Source of the DNA: Candidatus Thorarchaeota archaeon
GTDB taxonomy: Archaea; Asgardarchaeota; Thorarchaeia; Thorarchaeales; Thorarchaeaceae
Direction: 5' to 3'
Assembly: GCA_046482545.1 (NCBI GenBank)
Contig: JAWOEX010000035.1
Coordinates: 160,001 to 224,000, forward strand
Length of the DNA: 64,000 nt
Of the stretch, positions 9,320 to 17,947 are shown piece by piece (position 1 is the stretch's first letter; each line of letters opens with the position of its first letter). The translations under genes were made by a program, and so were the position numbers. The notes beneath the pieces are model-generated. The model made no database searches and was not told where the DNA came from. It saw nothing but the letters and a program-made list of their open reading frames with translations.

Positions 9320-9370
9320 CTTCCCTCATTAGGTTTTTACACGATTTTCCAGTCATGCAAGACTCTTTTG

Positions 9371-9763
9371 CTACTCTGAAAGTACAATAGTTCCTTCGTC
9401 AGCATCCACTTTCACTTTTTGTCCGGTCTCGATAGAGCTCGCATCGATTTGGTCAATAGCAGGAATTTCTGATATGATACAGCCCACGGCTACAACAGGA
9501 TCGGTAGATTCATTGATTATGGCTCGAGGCGCCATATTGGCTTTCTTCAACGAATAGAGCACATATGACCCCACTGTAGATCCTTTTCCTGTTGGGAAAA
9601 CAAGTACTTTCCCTGCAACAGATTTTCCCTCGAGTTCGTGTCCTTTCTCGACCACTACACCTGTATCTGGATCGACACCGCCATAGAAGCTGATGTCGTC
9701 ACTGGTTACGAGTGCTTCGCCCTCAGCCTTGCCCTTGAATATTTTCCTTCCTTGCAGTTTCAT
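9371..9763 (-). CDS. Phosphomevalonate dehydratase small subunit (aconitase X swivel domain, DUF126)
   Basis: ISFYGGVDP.TG, GKVLVFPTGKGSTVGSYVL; overlaps the large-subunit stop. Confidence 0.88.
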   Translation of the reverse strand: MKLQGRKIFKGKAEGEALVTSDDISFYGGVDPDTGVVVEKGHELEGKSVAGKVLVFPTGKGSTVGSYVLYSLKKANMAPRAIINESTDPVVAVGCIISEIPAIDQIDASSIETGQKVKVDADEGTIVLSE

Positions 9764-10947
9764 TCTACCGCCTCCTGAATGCATTCTTCTACTTTTCTTA
9801 TTTCTGTCTTGAAGTTGTTCTTGCCCCGGGCATAGAAACAGGCCTTTGCTGAGTCTGTCATCAATCCCTTGAAACGTCCCTTTAGTGGTGCAACTGCACA
9901 GCACGCATCACTAACAAGAAATGCTCCTGCTTCCTCTATTGTATCATAGTACCCCATTTTCGTTGCGAGGTCTTTGGTTGGCTTGGCTGTTGTAATCCAC
10001 ACGGTCTTGCTGTCTGCGATTTTTTTCCCATCAAGCAATTCCGCAACTTTCTCAATTTCCTTGATGCTGGCATGTGGGCAGCCTATACTAATAAAATCGA
10101 TTTTAGCATCTGCGTCATCCAGTTGTGCTCTTGCCTCAGCCATATCCTCCTCGGTAACAACTTCGGTACGGGTTGGAATCGTTGTTCTGTTGGGTGTGAT
10201 CCCTTCCATATGGAATAGTGCTATTCCGCCAAAAGTTGCAATTGATGCACAGAAAGACTTGAGTTTTTCAGTAGTTGCGTTATCTATTCCCGTAATGTAC
10301 GGTATCTCCTTTCTTGTCCTCTTCCCTATTACTTCACCCAGCAGACCAAAATCATCAGTGTATTCGATTTCTGCTTGGATTTCGTATTTTACTTCAGCCT
10401 GTCTATTCTCATCTAAATGGAACCCGTATTCAGCTGTTCTGCCAGTAAGCGCAGCAGCTAAAGCACTAGGTCCCCCTTCCCTATTTGTTCGAGCACCGAT
10501 GACAGAGTTTGCAAAGCACACGGCTGATGATTCTGCCCAAGCTATGTGCTCCCCGTAGTGAGGTAGGTTTCCAATCAGGTATGGTGTGCATGTGCACGTA
10601 GTCACTACACCCATTCGTGAGAACGCCTCTACAACTCTTTGCTGATTTTCAGCAAAATCAGGGGCGATACCGTGTTTCTTCCATTCATCCAAATCCATCC
10701 CAGCAGGGTTCAGCGTAGTAAGAACCCTCGTCTTACCATCTTCCGCCATTTCAGCCAAGTATTCCAAACCAGCTTCTCCTAGGTTGTGATATGAAACACC
10801 AGCAATTTGCACACTGGATACAGGGATAAGCCTCTCGGCCCCATATATTTCGCCAAGCGTGGTAATGATTTGCATGGCTTTCTGGGTGGCATTCCCATAT
10901 TCTCCAGCAAGCATTTCTTCTTCTTGTTCTGTTAGTGCTAGTCCCAT
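9760..10947 (-). CDS. Phosphomevalonate dehydratase large subunit (aconitase X, DUF521)
   Basis: IAGVSY, TTLNPAG, TCTCTPY, AWAESSAV.FANSV.GARTNREG, IGCPH, DACC. Confidence 0.9.
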   Translation of the reverse strand: MGLALTEQEEEMLAGEYGNATQKAMQIITTLGEIYGAERLIPVSSVQIAGVSYHNLGEAGLEYLAEMAEDGKTRVLTTLNPAGMDLDEWKKHGIAPDFAENQQRVVEAFSRMGVVTTCTCTPYLIGNLPHYGEHIAWAESSAVCFANSVIGARTNREGGPSALAAALTGRTAEYGFHLDENRQAEVKYEIQAEIEYTDDFGLLGEVIGKRTRKEIPYITGIDNATTEKLKSFCASIATFGGIALFHMEGITPNRTTIPTRTEVVTEEDMAEARAQLDDADAKIDFISIGCPHASIKEIEKVAELLDGKKIADSKTVWITTAKPTKDLATKMGYYDTIEEAGAFLVSDACCAVAPLKGRFKGLMTDSAKACFYARGKNNFKTEIRKVEECIQEAVE

Positions 10948-10949
10948 TA

Positions 10950-12257
10950 CTAATCCCTCAGGAATTCATCGAGATTGACTTCTGGGAACTCGGCTTTCTT
11001 GAAGCTTTTTCCTTTTGTGACCAATGGCATCGTACAATCAAAACCGATTTTGGTAGTAATCTTCGTACCTGGTTCTGCACTTGGATCCAATGAGCTGCCT
11101 GGTTCTGGATCCTTGATTAGCATATCTGTGTCTCCTTGGAATCTTGTCGCGAATGCCCATTCGCGTTCTTGCTCATTGTATATATCGATGTCATTATCAT
11201 ATATCCACACATGCTTACCGCTGCTATGGCCTGCAAAAGCTCCTTCGATAGCTTTGATTCCATCATCATCCGTCTTTTTGTTTATTCTGACTGCGATGTG
11301 TAACCAGCTCGCGCCTCCTGGTGTTAGATTTACATCACGAACATCTACTCCCCGCTTCTTTATTTCGCGGTACACTGTTGGCTCGCGAGGCATACCCATG
11401 AGTACCTTGTGTTCAGCTCGCCCAGGAAGCAGAGCTTGCCAGATTCCATTCTTCCTGTGAGTAATCTTCTTGACTTTGAAAACCGGCTCTTGACGAACAA
11501 CGTCAACAGTTTCGGTTAAATCTATGAACGGACCTTCATCTGCCTTTTCATCGAGTATGACTGTTCCTTCCAACACGAACTGACAGTCGGCAGGAATCAT
11601 CAAGTCTACAGATTTGGCTTTGGTGACTCTAATTGGTTTAAGAGCATTAGCAATTTCAAGCTCGTCAATGCCGGTTTCTACTGAAGTGGCAGCAGCAACG
11701 AGGATTTCCGGTGTATTTCCGATACAATATGCCACGTCCACCTCGCCATTCCTTTTAAGAAATGTATGGAAGTCCCTACCTTTGACAACCCGGGTAACCA
11801 TTTCGTTCTTGCTAGTCTGCATCGCTCTGTGAAAGTCAAGGTTCTGTCCGTATTCTGGATCCGCTGCAACTACAACTCCCGAGGATATGTATGGCCCTCC
11901 ATCAACCTGATTATGTATGAGTATGGGCAATTCGTCCAAATTCACTGTATCCTGCACAACTTCCTGACATGGAGCATCATCTATCTCTTCGGGTGGTGAT
12001 TTCTCTTCGATTGCGTTCGTCAATGTCGGAATGAGTTTCTCTACATCAATACCGAAGTAGTCTGCAATCTGTTTCTTGGTACAGAATAGATTTCCTGCTA
12101 TCTGAAACGAGGAATCTGAGACGTTTTCAAATAATGCAGGTTTCGGCTCAAGAGCTTTAAGTATTCCCGCAATCTCCAATTTCTTCGATGCGGGTTGACT
12201 CACAACTTCGATTTCATCTTGTTTCCTTAGTTCTTCAATATGATTTGCAAATGTCAT
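10950..12257 (-). CDS. UbiD-family decarboxylase (anhydromevalonate phosphate decarboxylase)
   Basis: DGGPYISSG, EGPF.D.T, EHKVLMGMPREP, WA.ATRFQ, GSSLDPS; lies between mvk and the AcnX genes. Confidence 0.88.
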   Translation of the reverse strand: MTFANHIEELRKQDEIEVVSQPASKKLEIAGILKALEPKPALFENVSDSSFQIAGNLFCTKKQIADYFGIDVEKLIPTLTNAIEEKSPPEEIDDAPCQEVVQDTVNLDELPILIHNQVDGGPYISSGVVVAADPEYGQNLDFHRAMQTSKNEMVTRVVKGRDFHTFLKRNGEVDVAYCIGNTPEILVAAATSVETGIDELEIANALKPIRVTKAKSVDLMIPADCQFVLEGTVILDEKADEGPFIDLTETVDVVRQEPVFKVKKITHRKNGIWQALLPGRAEHKVLMGMPREPTVYREIKKRGVDVRDVNLTPGGASWLHIAVRINKKTDDDGIKAIEGAFAGHSSGKHVWIYDNDIDIYNEQEREWAFATRFQGDTDMLIKDPEPGSSLDPSAEPGTKITTKIGFDCTMPLVTKGKSFKKAEFPEVNLDEFLRD

Positions 12258-12272
12258 TTAGTTTCCTCCTTT

Positions 12273-13223
12273 CTAAAGTCCAAACGCGGTTGTCCATACT
12301 CCGGCCGCTCCCCCCTCTTCAAGTGAAGCCGCAATCTTCTCAGCTGCTTCTTTGTCCTTTGCCAAGGCTATCATATTGCCCCCTCTTCCTGTTCCTGTAA
12401 GTTTTGCCCCCAAAGCACCCGATTCCCTGGCAAGTGCAGTTAAACTATCGAGCTCTTCACAGGACACGGTCAAATCCTTCAGCAAGTCATGATTTTTGTT
12501 CATAAGTCTGCCCACTTTCTTGGTTTCAAGGTTGACAAGTGCTTCTCGGGCATCATAAACTAACTGTTCATATTCCTCGGCTATCTTTTCGAACCAAGAT
12601 GGGTCTTCCTCTTTCTTTGAGCGCACATCTCCTACCACCTCGACTGTACTCGCTGTTAAACCGGTGGATCCGATAATTAGATTCATCGCCTTATCCAGCT
12701 TTATCTTCTCAAAAGTCGGAGGCCCGCCGTCTAAATCTCTCTCATACCAGACCAAACCACCGAAGGTTGAAGCCGTGTTATCTATTCCCGACGGGGTGCC
12801 ATGGTATGCTTTTTCTCCCTCATAAGCGGCTTCGTTAATTTCTTCGTCAGTCATATCAAGTCCGAATTCATCATTGAGTGCTCGTGCTAGAGAAACACAA
12901 CTTGCGGCACTTGCCCCGACACCGGAGGCACATACCAAATCGCCGGCAAATTCAATGTGAATTCCTTCATTAGAAAGGTCTACACCACAGAAATCAATCA
13001 CATTGTCGATTGAATCCTTCTGCTGGTCTAATTTTTTTGCCTTGTAACCCGGTACTGCTGGCCGGTTATCATCAAGAGTCCAGCCAGGAGAATCTTTCTT
13101 TCTGACTTTAGCAACTGTTTCCGATTCGATGCCGGCGGCTAAAGCCGGAAGACCGTATACAACAAAATGCTCACCAAATAGAATTGATTTTCCTTTTCCA
13201 GAGCCTGTTCCCAATCTTCTCAT
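12273..13223 (-). CDS. mvk: Mevalonate kinase (GHMP family)
   Basis: GKSILFGEHFVVYG, SGVGASAA, E...HGTPSGID, GAKLTGTGRGG. Confidence 0.93.
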   Translation of the reverse strand: MRRLGTGSGKGKSILFGEHFVVYGLPALAAGIESETVAKVRKKDSPGWTLDDNRPAVPGYKAKKLDQQKDSIDNVIDFCGVDLSNEGIHIEFAGDLVCASGVGASAASCVSLARALNDEFGLDMTDEEINEAAYEGEKAYHGTPSGIDNTASTFGGLVWYERDLDGGPPTFEKIKLDKAMNLIIGSTGLTASTVEVVGDVRSKKEEDPSWFEKIAEEYEQLVYDAREALVNLETKKVGRLMNKNHDLLKDLTVSCEELDSLTALARESGALGAKLTGTGRGGNMIALAKDKEAAEKIAASLEEGGAAGVWTTAFGL

Positions 13224-13375
13224 GCTCCCTATGCCTTGTAAAACTTGCTACGAGCTGGTAGTTCATCGCTACTTTTGAAAATTTCCATCGACAAAATTAC
13301 AAGTTTCATGGACCGTGCCGTATGAATACCTCACAACTAACCGTCATCACTCTATGAGGCGAAACAGTATATGTG

Positions 13376-14662
13376 TCATATGATAGATGGAATCTTGGCC
13401 TTTGATCCATGAAGCTTGCCGAGTATAACAGATTTCAATGCACCCAGTTTCGAAGGCACCAAATCGAGGGAATTGATATCCATTAGTTTGCAGAGTGCAG
13501 ACATAGTTCGGGCCAAGGAATTACATGCTGGACTTACCAGAATATTCGACTTTCCAAGTGTTTTCTCTAGGTATTGTTTGGTCTCATCTATTGCGCAATC
13601 GCCTGTAATCAACACGGCCCCCTCAATTGTTTCCAAGGTCCTTGTGTCATGACCTTCTCCCATGATAATCGTAAAGTCTCCCTTTCCACCATGGTCGTAG
13701 TACAACATTTGGACAAGCATACGCACATTCAGTTCGCATCCTTCTGGGCACAACTTTCTCGTGCCTTTGAGAACCCTAACAACATCAGGAAACATGTCCA
13801 AAGTCTGGTACGGATATCTTTTCGTGAAACGTGAAAGATCACCATCTACCTCATTAAGAACCGAGCTCACATTCTGCGTTTTTGCGGCGAGCGAGAGATG
13901 TTCTACTTCTTCAATGTCATAACCCAGAACCTTTGCTCCCACTACATCAACAGCCAAAGCGTTGGTCCCTCCTATGAGTATATCTAGCCGCTCAATACAT
14001 CTATCTAGGAATTGTTGGAGTGGATAGTGACCATGAAATACAGCATGGGTTCCATCGATGATTGTGTAATCGGGTTTGACTATGCTATAGATGTCTGCCA
14101 GTACTTGGTGCAGTCTATCGTCGTGATTATGGGACCTATCAATGTGATTCATGAACGCCATTTGATTTTTGACACCGAGGGTCACTGTTGTCATTGGATG
14201 TGTCTTCAGCTTGGGCAAGGACACGTACAGTGAATCCCTTTCTTCAGATGTGAATTTCGTTGCAATCAGTTCCGGTATTTTTACCTCTTCTCCTAACGTC
14301 GGGAGAACAACCATTGTATGTGGTTCTTCATCTAGATGAACAGCCTTTGCACCAGTGTCTTCTATCACTTCTTTGTAGCCTGTGAATTGGAAAACAAGTC
14401 TTGTCATATTTCCCTGCGTAGAATTCTCCATTACGTATACTTGACCAGCTCCTTTGTTGTAGAAGAAATCGATTACTGCTCGGAGTAGTTCAGGGTTCGT
14501 ATATGAATATGGTTTAAAATCAACACCATTTGGTTTGATATAGACGCGCTCTCTTCCGTCTAGTACCGCGGGATTCTCTCCTATTTTCTGGAATATACAC
14601 CTGACTGCTTGATGAAAATCGTCTTCTACATCCTGTATCACTGTGTTGCTCAATTGAATCAC
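13376..14662 (-). CDS. DUF362-family putative Fe-S protein
   Basis: VYIKPN, TNPELL, SLPKLKTH, TLGVKN, IIDG; Cys motifs CPEGC, GDCA, ACN. Confidence 0.75.
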   Translation of the reverse strand: MIQLSNTVIQDVEDDFHQAVRCIFQKIGENPAVLDGRERVYIKPNGVDFKPYSYTNPELLRAVIDFFYNKGAGQVYVMENSTQGNMTRLVFQFTGYKEVIEDTGAKAVHLDEEPHTMVVLPTLGEEVKIPELIATKFTSEERDSLYVSLPKLKTHPMTTVTLGVKNQMAFMNHIDRSHNHDDRLHQVLADIYSIVKPDYTIIDGTHAVFHGHYPLQQFLDRCIERLDILIGGTNALAVDVVGAKVLGYDIEEVEHLSLAAKTQNVSSVLNEVDGDLSRFTKRYPYQTLDMFPDVVRVLKGTRKLCPEGCELNVRMLVQMLYYDHGGKGDFTIIMGEGHDTRTLETIEGAVLITGDCAIDETKQYLEKTLGKSNILVSPACNSLARTMSALCKLMDINSLDLVPSKLGALKSVILGKLHGSKAKIPSII

Positions 14663-14692
14663 TCTAGTATTGTTCGTTACGTCAGAAAAAGT

Positions 14693-14802
14693 TGGTGGGC
14701 CGGGTGAGATTTGAACTCACGATCCCCTGGACCCGAACCAGGAACCATAGCCAATCTAGCCCCGCCACAACAAGTGTGCTGGAGTAGCTAGACCACCGAC
14801 CC
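14693..14802 (-). tRNA. tRNA-Pro(CGG) with a 32-nt D-loop intron (14754-14785)
   Basis: GGGTCGG/CCGGCCC+ACCA, CCTGG-TTCGGGT-CCAGG, GTGAG-TTCAAAT-CTCAC; CTAG/CTAG central helix with 3-nt bulges. Confidence 0.9.
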
Positions 14803-14832
14803 AATAGTTCACGAGACCCACGTTTTTAGTAA

Positions 14833-15666
14833 TCATTTAACCATTTCGACCAAGCGCTCCCGCAAGAAGCGGACAGTGCCCAAATAGGTACCCTGTGCGC
14901 TGTAAACTTCTGACTTCGGCAAATTGGCACACCCATTATCGAAGAACGGCCCTCTGAACGTGGATTCTGGGCTATCAACTGGAATGCCTGATATGAGCTT
15001 ATTGAAACTTGGCAACGTAACAAGAAAGCCTTTTGTCCTACTTTCGTCCATAGATAAATCCCCCTTCTTTTCCACACAGTTTCTGTCCAATTGAGAACGG
15101 AGGATAACGGGTATTGATCTCCCTCGCCTCCTGATAGTCCTATACAGGGTTCGCGAAGAAACAGCTCTAAAGTTACTCAGTGTTGGATGGTTATGCCCCA
15201 CAAGTATCCAATCTGCACTCAGTACTTCGGGTGATGGCCATGCATGCCCGTGAATCAGTCCCACCGAGAACCCCCCCTCTTCTATCTTTTCTCCTCTGAT
15301 TCCACATAGCGAAACATCTCTAGGTAACAGAGATTCTAAATCTCCGTCATGATTCCCCGGCACAATAGTGACCTTGGTTCTCTCAGCTAACGACTCCATA
15401 AACTGGGGAATTCTTTGCCAATTAAACGAAACGTCAGGTCCCAAAGAATGCTTGATATCTCCAAGAAAATACAGGTTCCCTATGTCATGTTGATTGATTA
15501 GAGCATGTATCTCACTCAACATTACTTCATCTTGCGATGGAAATTGCGCTCCAGTTGACTGGGCTAGATTAATGTGCCATCCAAGGTGAAGATCCGCGAT
15601 AACAAGAATTCTTTCATTTCCTTCTAGAATCACGGCTTTCCCGTCAATTATACGTTTCATCATCAC
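14833..15666 (-). CDS. Calcineurin-like metallophosphoesterase
   Basis: IADLHLG, LGDIKH, PGNHD, IHGH, GHNHP, LPSFN. Confidence 0.85.
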   Translation of the reverse strand: MMMKRIIDGKAVILEGNERILVIADLHLGWHINLAQSTGAQFPSQDEVMLSEIHALINQHDIGNLYFLGDIKHSLGPDVSFNWQRIPQFMESLAERTKVTIVPGNHDGDLESLLPRDVSLCGIRGEKIEEGGFSVGLIHGHAWPSPEVLSADWILVGHNHPTLSNFRAVSSRTLYRTIRRRGRSIPVILRSQLDRNCVEKKGDLSMDESRTKGFLVTLPSFNKLISGIPVDSPESTFRGPFFDNGCANLPKSEVYSAQGTYLGTVRFLRERLVEMVK

Positions 15667-15712
15667 TTGATGGTTCCTATAACAATTTTAACCTCATCAT
15701 ATGTAGAACTAG

Positions 15713-16108
15713 ATGAGACACATGCCACTCAGTACCTATGAAACAAAACGCCTTTCTCAGAAAGTGCTGGAACAACATGATATTGAGTACTTTAAACGGA
15801 AATATGGGAAGCGATTCATCAGAGCTCTGAGAGCCGTTGAAGAAGAACGCGTTCATAAATACATATTCAACGAGGGGGAAGCAGTTCGATGGATTGTTGA
15901 AGGCAGCAAAAGAGATTACCTCATATTTCCTAGGACGTTTTGTACCTGCACAGACTTCTATCAAGCAGTTGTACTAGATGGTACTGTTGACATGTGCTAC
16001 CATCTATTGGCACAGAGAATTTCAGAGCTGCGTGGTGAATACTTGACTATAACCGGTAATGAATCTCAACGAAGGCGCTTCAGCAAAATATGGAGAAGAT
16101 CTGGTTGA
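15713..16108 (+). CDS. SWIM zinc-finger protein (SWS1/ZSWIM7-like)
   Basis: FCTCTDF...MCYHLLA gives CxC-x15-CxH. Confidence 0.75.
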   Translation: MRHMPLSTYETKRLSQKVLEQHDIEYFKRKYGKRFIRALRAVEEERVHKYIFNEGEAVRWIVEGSKRDYLIFPRTFCTCTDFYQAVVLDGTVDMCYHLLAQRISELRGEYLTITGNESQRRRFSKIWRRSG

Positions 16109-16229
16109 GTTTAGGCATTGTACGTATTATCGATAAGTAAGCATTTCAAAATACATGCCCTGTTGAGAAAGCCTTAAAACTTTCACTGGATTGTGCACGC
16201 TGTCTGAGTAAGACGGCAGGTATTAGCAT

Positions 16230-17339
16230 ATGTCATATTTTAGAACTGATTCGCGGATAATCCTAGCATTGGTAGCTGTGCTACTTCTATCGACAGCACT
16301 CCATATTCCGGTAGAAGCTCAGACGGAAAACCTTGATCCTGTTGTCGTTATGTATGATGAGAGTCATTCGCAGCAGTTCTCTGCTGATGACGAGGAGGAT
16401 GGAATCAAGCTAATGCTCGATATGGTAAACGACTCGAGCAGGTATCTTGTGAAGACCAACAGTGAAAACCCCCTCAATTTGACCACGCTTAGTGATGTAG
16501 ATATCTTAATACTTGCCGATCCTGATGCTTCTGCTCCTTTTGAGAAGGAGGAGATTGCTGGAATATCTGATATGCTCTCTAATGGCAGCTCTCTTCTTAC
16601 TCTAGGAGATCCCAAAATTGACCAAAATTCTACCTACTGGAAGGAAACTGCCTTCAGAGATATAGGTGAGAATGATGCATTGAACAGACTCTTTTCTTCT
16701 ATCAATATGACCGGGGTGAGATTCAGTGTTAACGAAACCACATCCGGTGTGATACGGGCAGATTCTCTTTTTGATTATGAGCATGCATTGAATGAAACAT
16801 CTCCCCAACTAATAGAGCTGGATGCTACAACTTGGAATTCAGACCATCCTATTTTCAATGATATAAACCGCTTGGTTACAATGACTGCGACACTCAAACC
16901 AATTGATGCGCCAAGTGCTATAGCTACTGGTTATGAAACGTCATTTGCACAGTATCGCAGGGGTCCGAACACATTTGGTAACACCTCATTTCCAAATATG
17001 ACTCTCTCCGAATTTGAGGAGAAGCCGTTCTCCTATTCCGCAATAAACGGAACATTCCCGCCATGGTTATCCGCCTTTGAATTCAATAGCAGTAGAGTTG
17101 TAATCGGTGGATCGACGATAATGTTCTCTGGACGAGTACTTGATTTGCATGAGAGTGACGACAGGTCAAGCGAACAATGGTTTTACCAAGCAGATAATTC
17201 TCGACTCTTCATGAACATGCTAAACTGGCTATCGGAGGATTTTGTTACTGCTCCTGAAGCAATATACCCTCTCCTAGTAATCTCTTCAGTCATATTGCTG
17301 GTTGGGGTGGCGTTCTACGTTTTCAAGAAGCTTCGGTAA
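16230..17339 (+). CDS. Type I membrane glycoprotein with a GIFT/WBP1-like domain
   Basis: Signal peptide, YDESH, DILILADP, SRVVIGGSTIMFS, DN..LF.N.LNWLS, C-terminal TM helix, ends KKLR; 11 N-x-S/T sequons. Confidence 0.6.
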   Translation: MSYFRTDSRIILALVAVLLLSTALHIPVEAQTENLDPVVVMYDESHSQQFSADDEEDGIKLMLDMVNDSSRYLVKTNSENPLNLTTLSDVDILILADPDASAPFEKEEIAGISDMLSNGSSLLTLGDPKIDQNSTYWKETAFRDIGENDALNRLFSSINMTGVRFSVNETTSGVIRADSLFDYEHALNETSPQLIELDATTWNSDHPIFNDINRLVTMTATLKPIDAPSAIATGYETSFAQYRRGPNTFGNTSFPNMTLSEFEEKPFSYSAINGTFPPWLSAFEFNSSRVVIGGSTIMFSGRVLDLHESDDRSSEQWFYQADNSRLFMNMLNWLSEDFVTAPEAIYPLLVISSVILLVGVAFYVFKKLR

Positions 17340-17345
17340 GGTAGT

Positions 17346-17945
17346 CTACGGCCAATCTGGACTCCTCACTCCTGATTGAACAAGTGTCTGCTCCACAGTG
17401 TGTTTCAACCGTCCAATGTTCTTGTCTTCTTTAGCAGAAATCGGTACGATAATCGGCTCTTGGTTGGGCATATACTCAAGCAACCTCCTCCTAAGATAGT
17501 CTAGCTCGACCCATCTTTCCGTCTTCTTGAGCTTGTCCATTTTGTTTGCGGTAACAATTACGTTTGATGCTATTTCTGAGAGAAAAGTGTAGAATTCAAC
17601 ATCAATGGGGATTTCACCACGGGAACTCCACCGCTCATACAATTCCCTGAAGAGCGATATATCAACAATTAGAATAGCAAGAATAATATCATCGCTCCAT
17701 CTCTCCAGTTTTCTGATGATTGAGGTTTTCGTCTGATCTATACGCTTCTTACTCATTCCAGACATAAAACCGAATCCAGGGATGTCGACCATCAGAACTG
17801 AACCCATGTCTATCTTGATTTCTTTCTTAGTACTCCCGGGCTTCTTTCCAACTGTTACTTTCTTGCCTGTCAAATGCCTTATGACACTGCTTTTGCCGAC
17901 ATTACTTCTTCCTGCGAATACAACAAGCGGTTTCGTCATAATCAT
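17346..17945 (-). CDS. engB: GTP-binding protein EngB
   Basis: GRSNVGKSS, GKKPGST, DIPGFGFM, GEIPIDVEF, NKMDK, ISAK. Confidence 0.92.
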   Translation of the reverse strand: MIMTKPLVVFAGRSNVGKSSVIRHLTGKKVTVGKKPGSTKKEIKIDMGSVLMVDIPGFGFMSGMSKKRIDQTKTSIIRKLERWSDDIILAILIVDISLFRELYERWSSRGEIPIDVEFYTFLSEIASNVIVTANKMDKLKKTERWVELDYLRRRLLEYMPNQEPIIVPISAKEDKNIGRLKHTVEQTLVQSGVRSPDWP

Positions 17946-17947
17946 CC

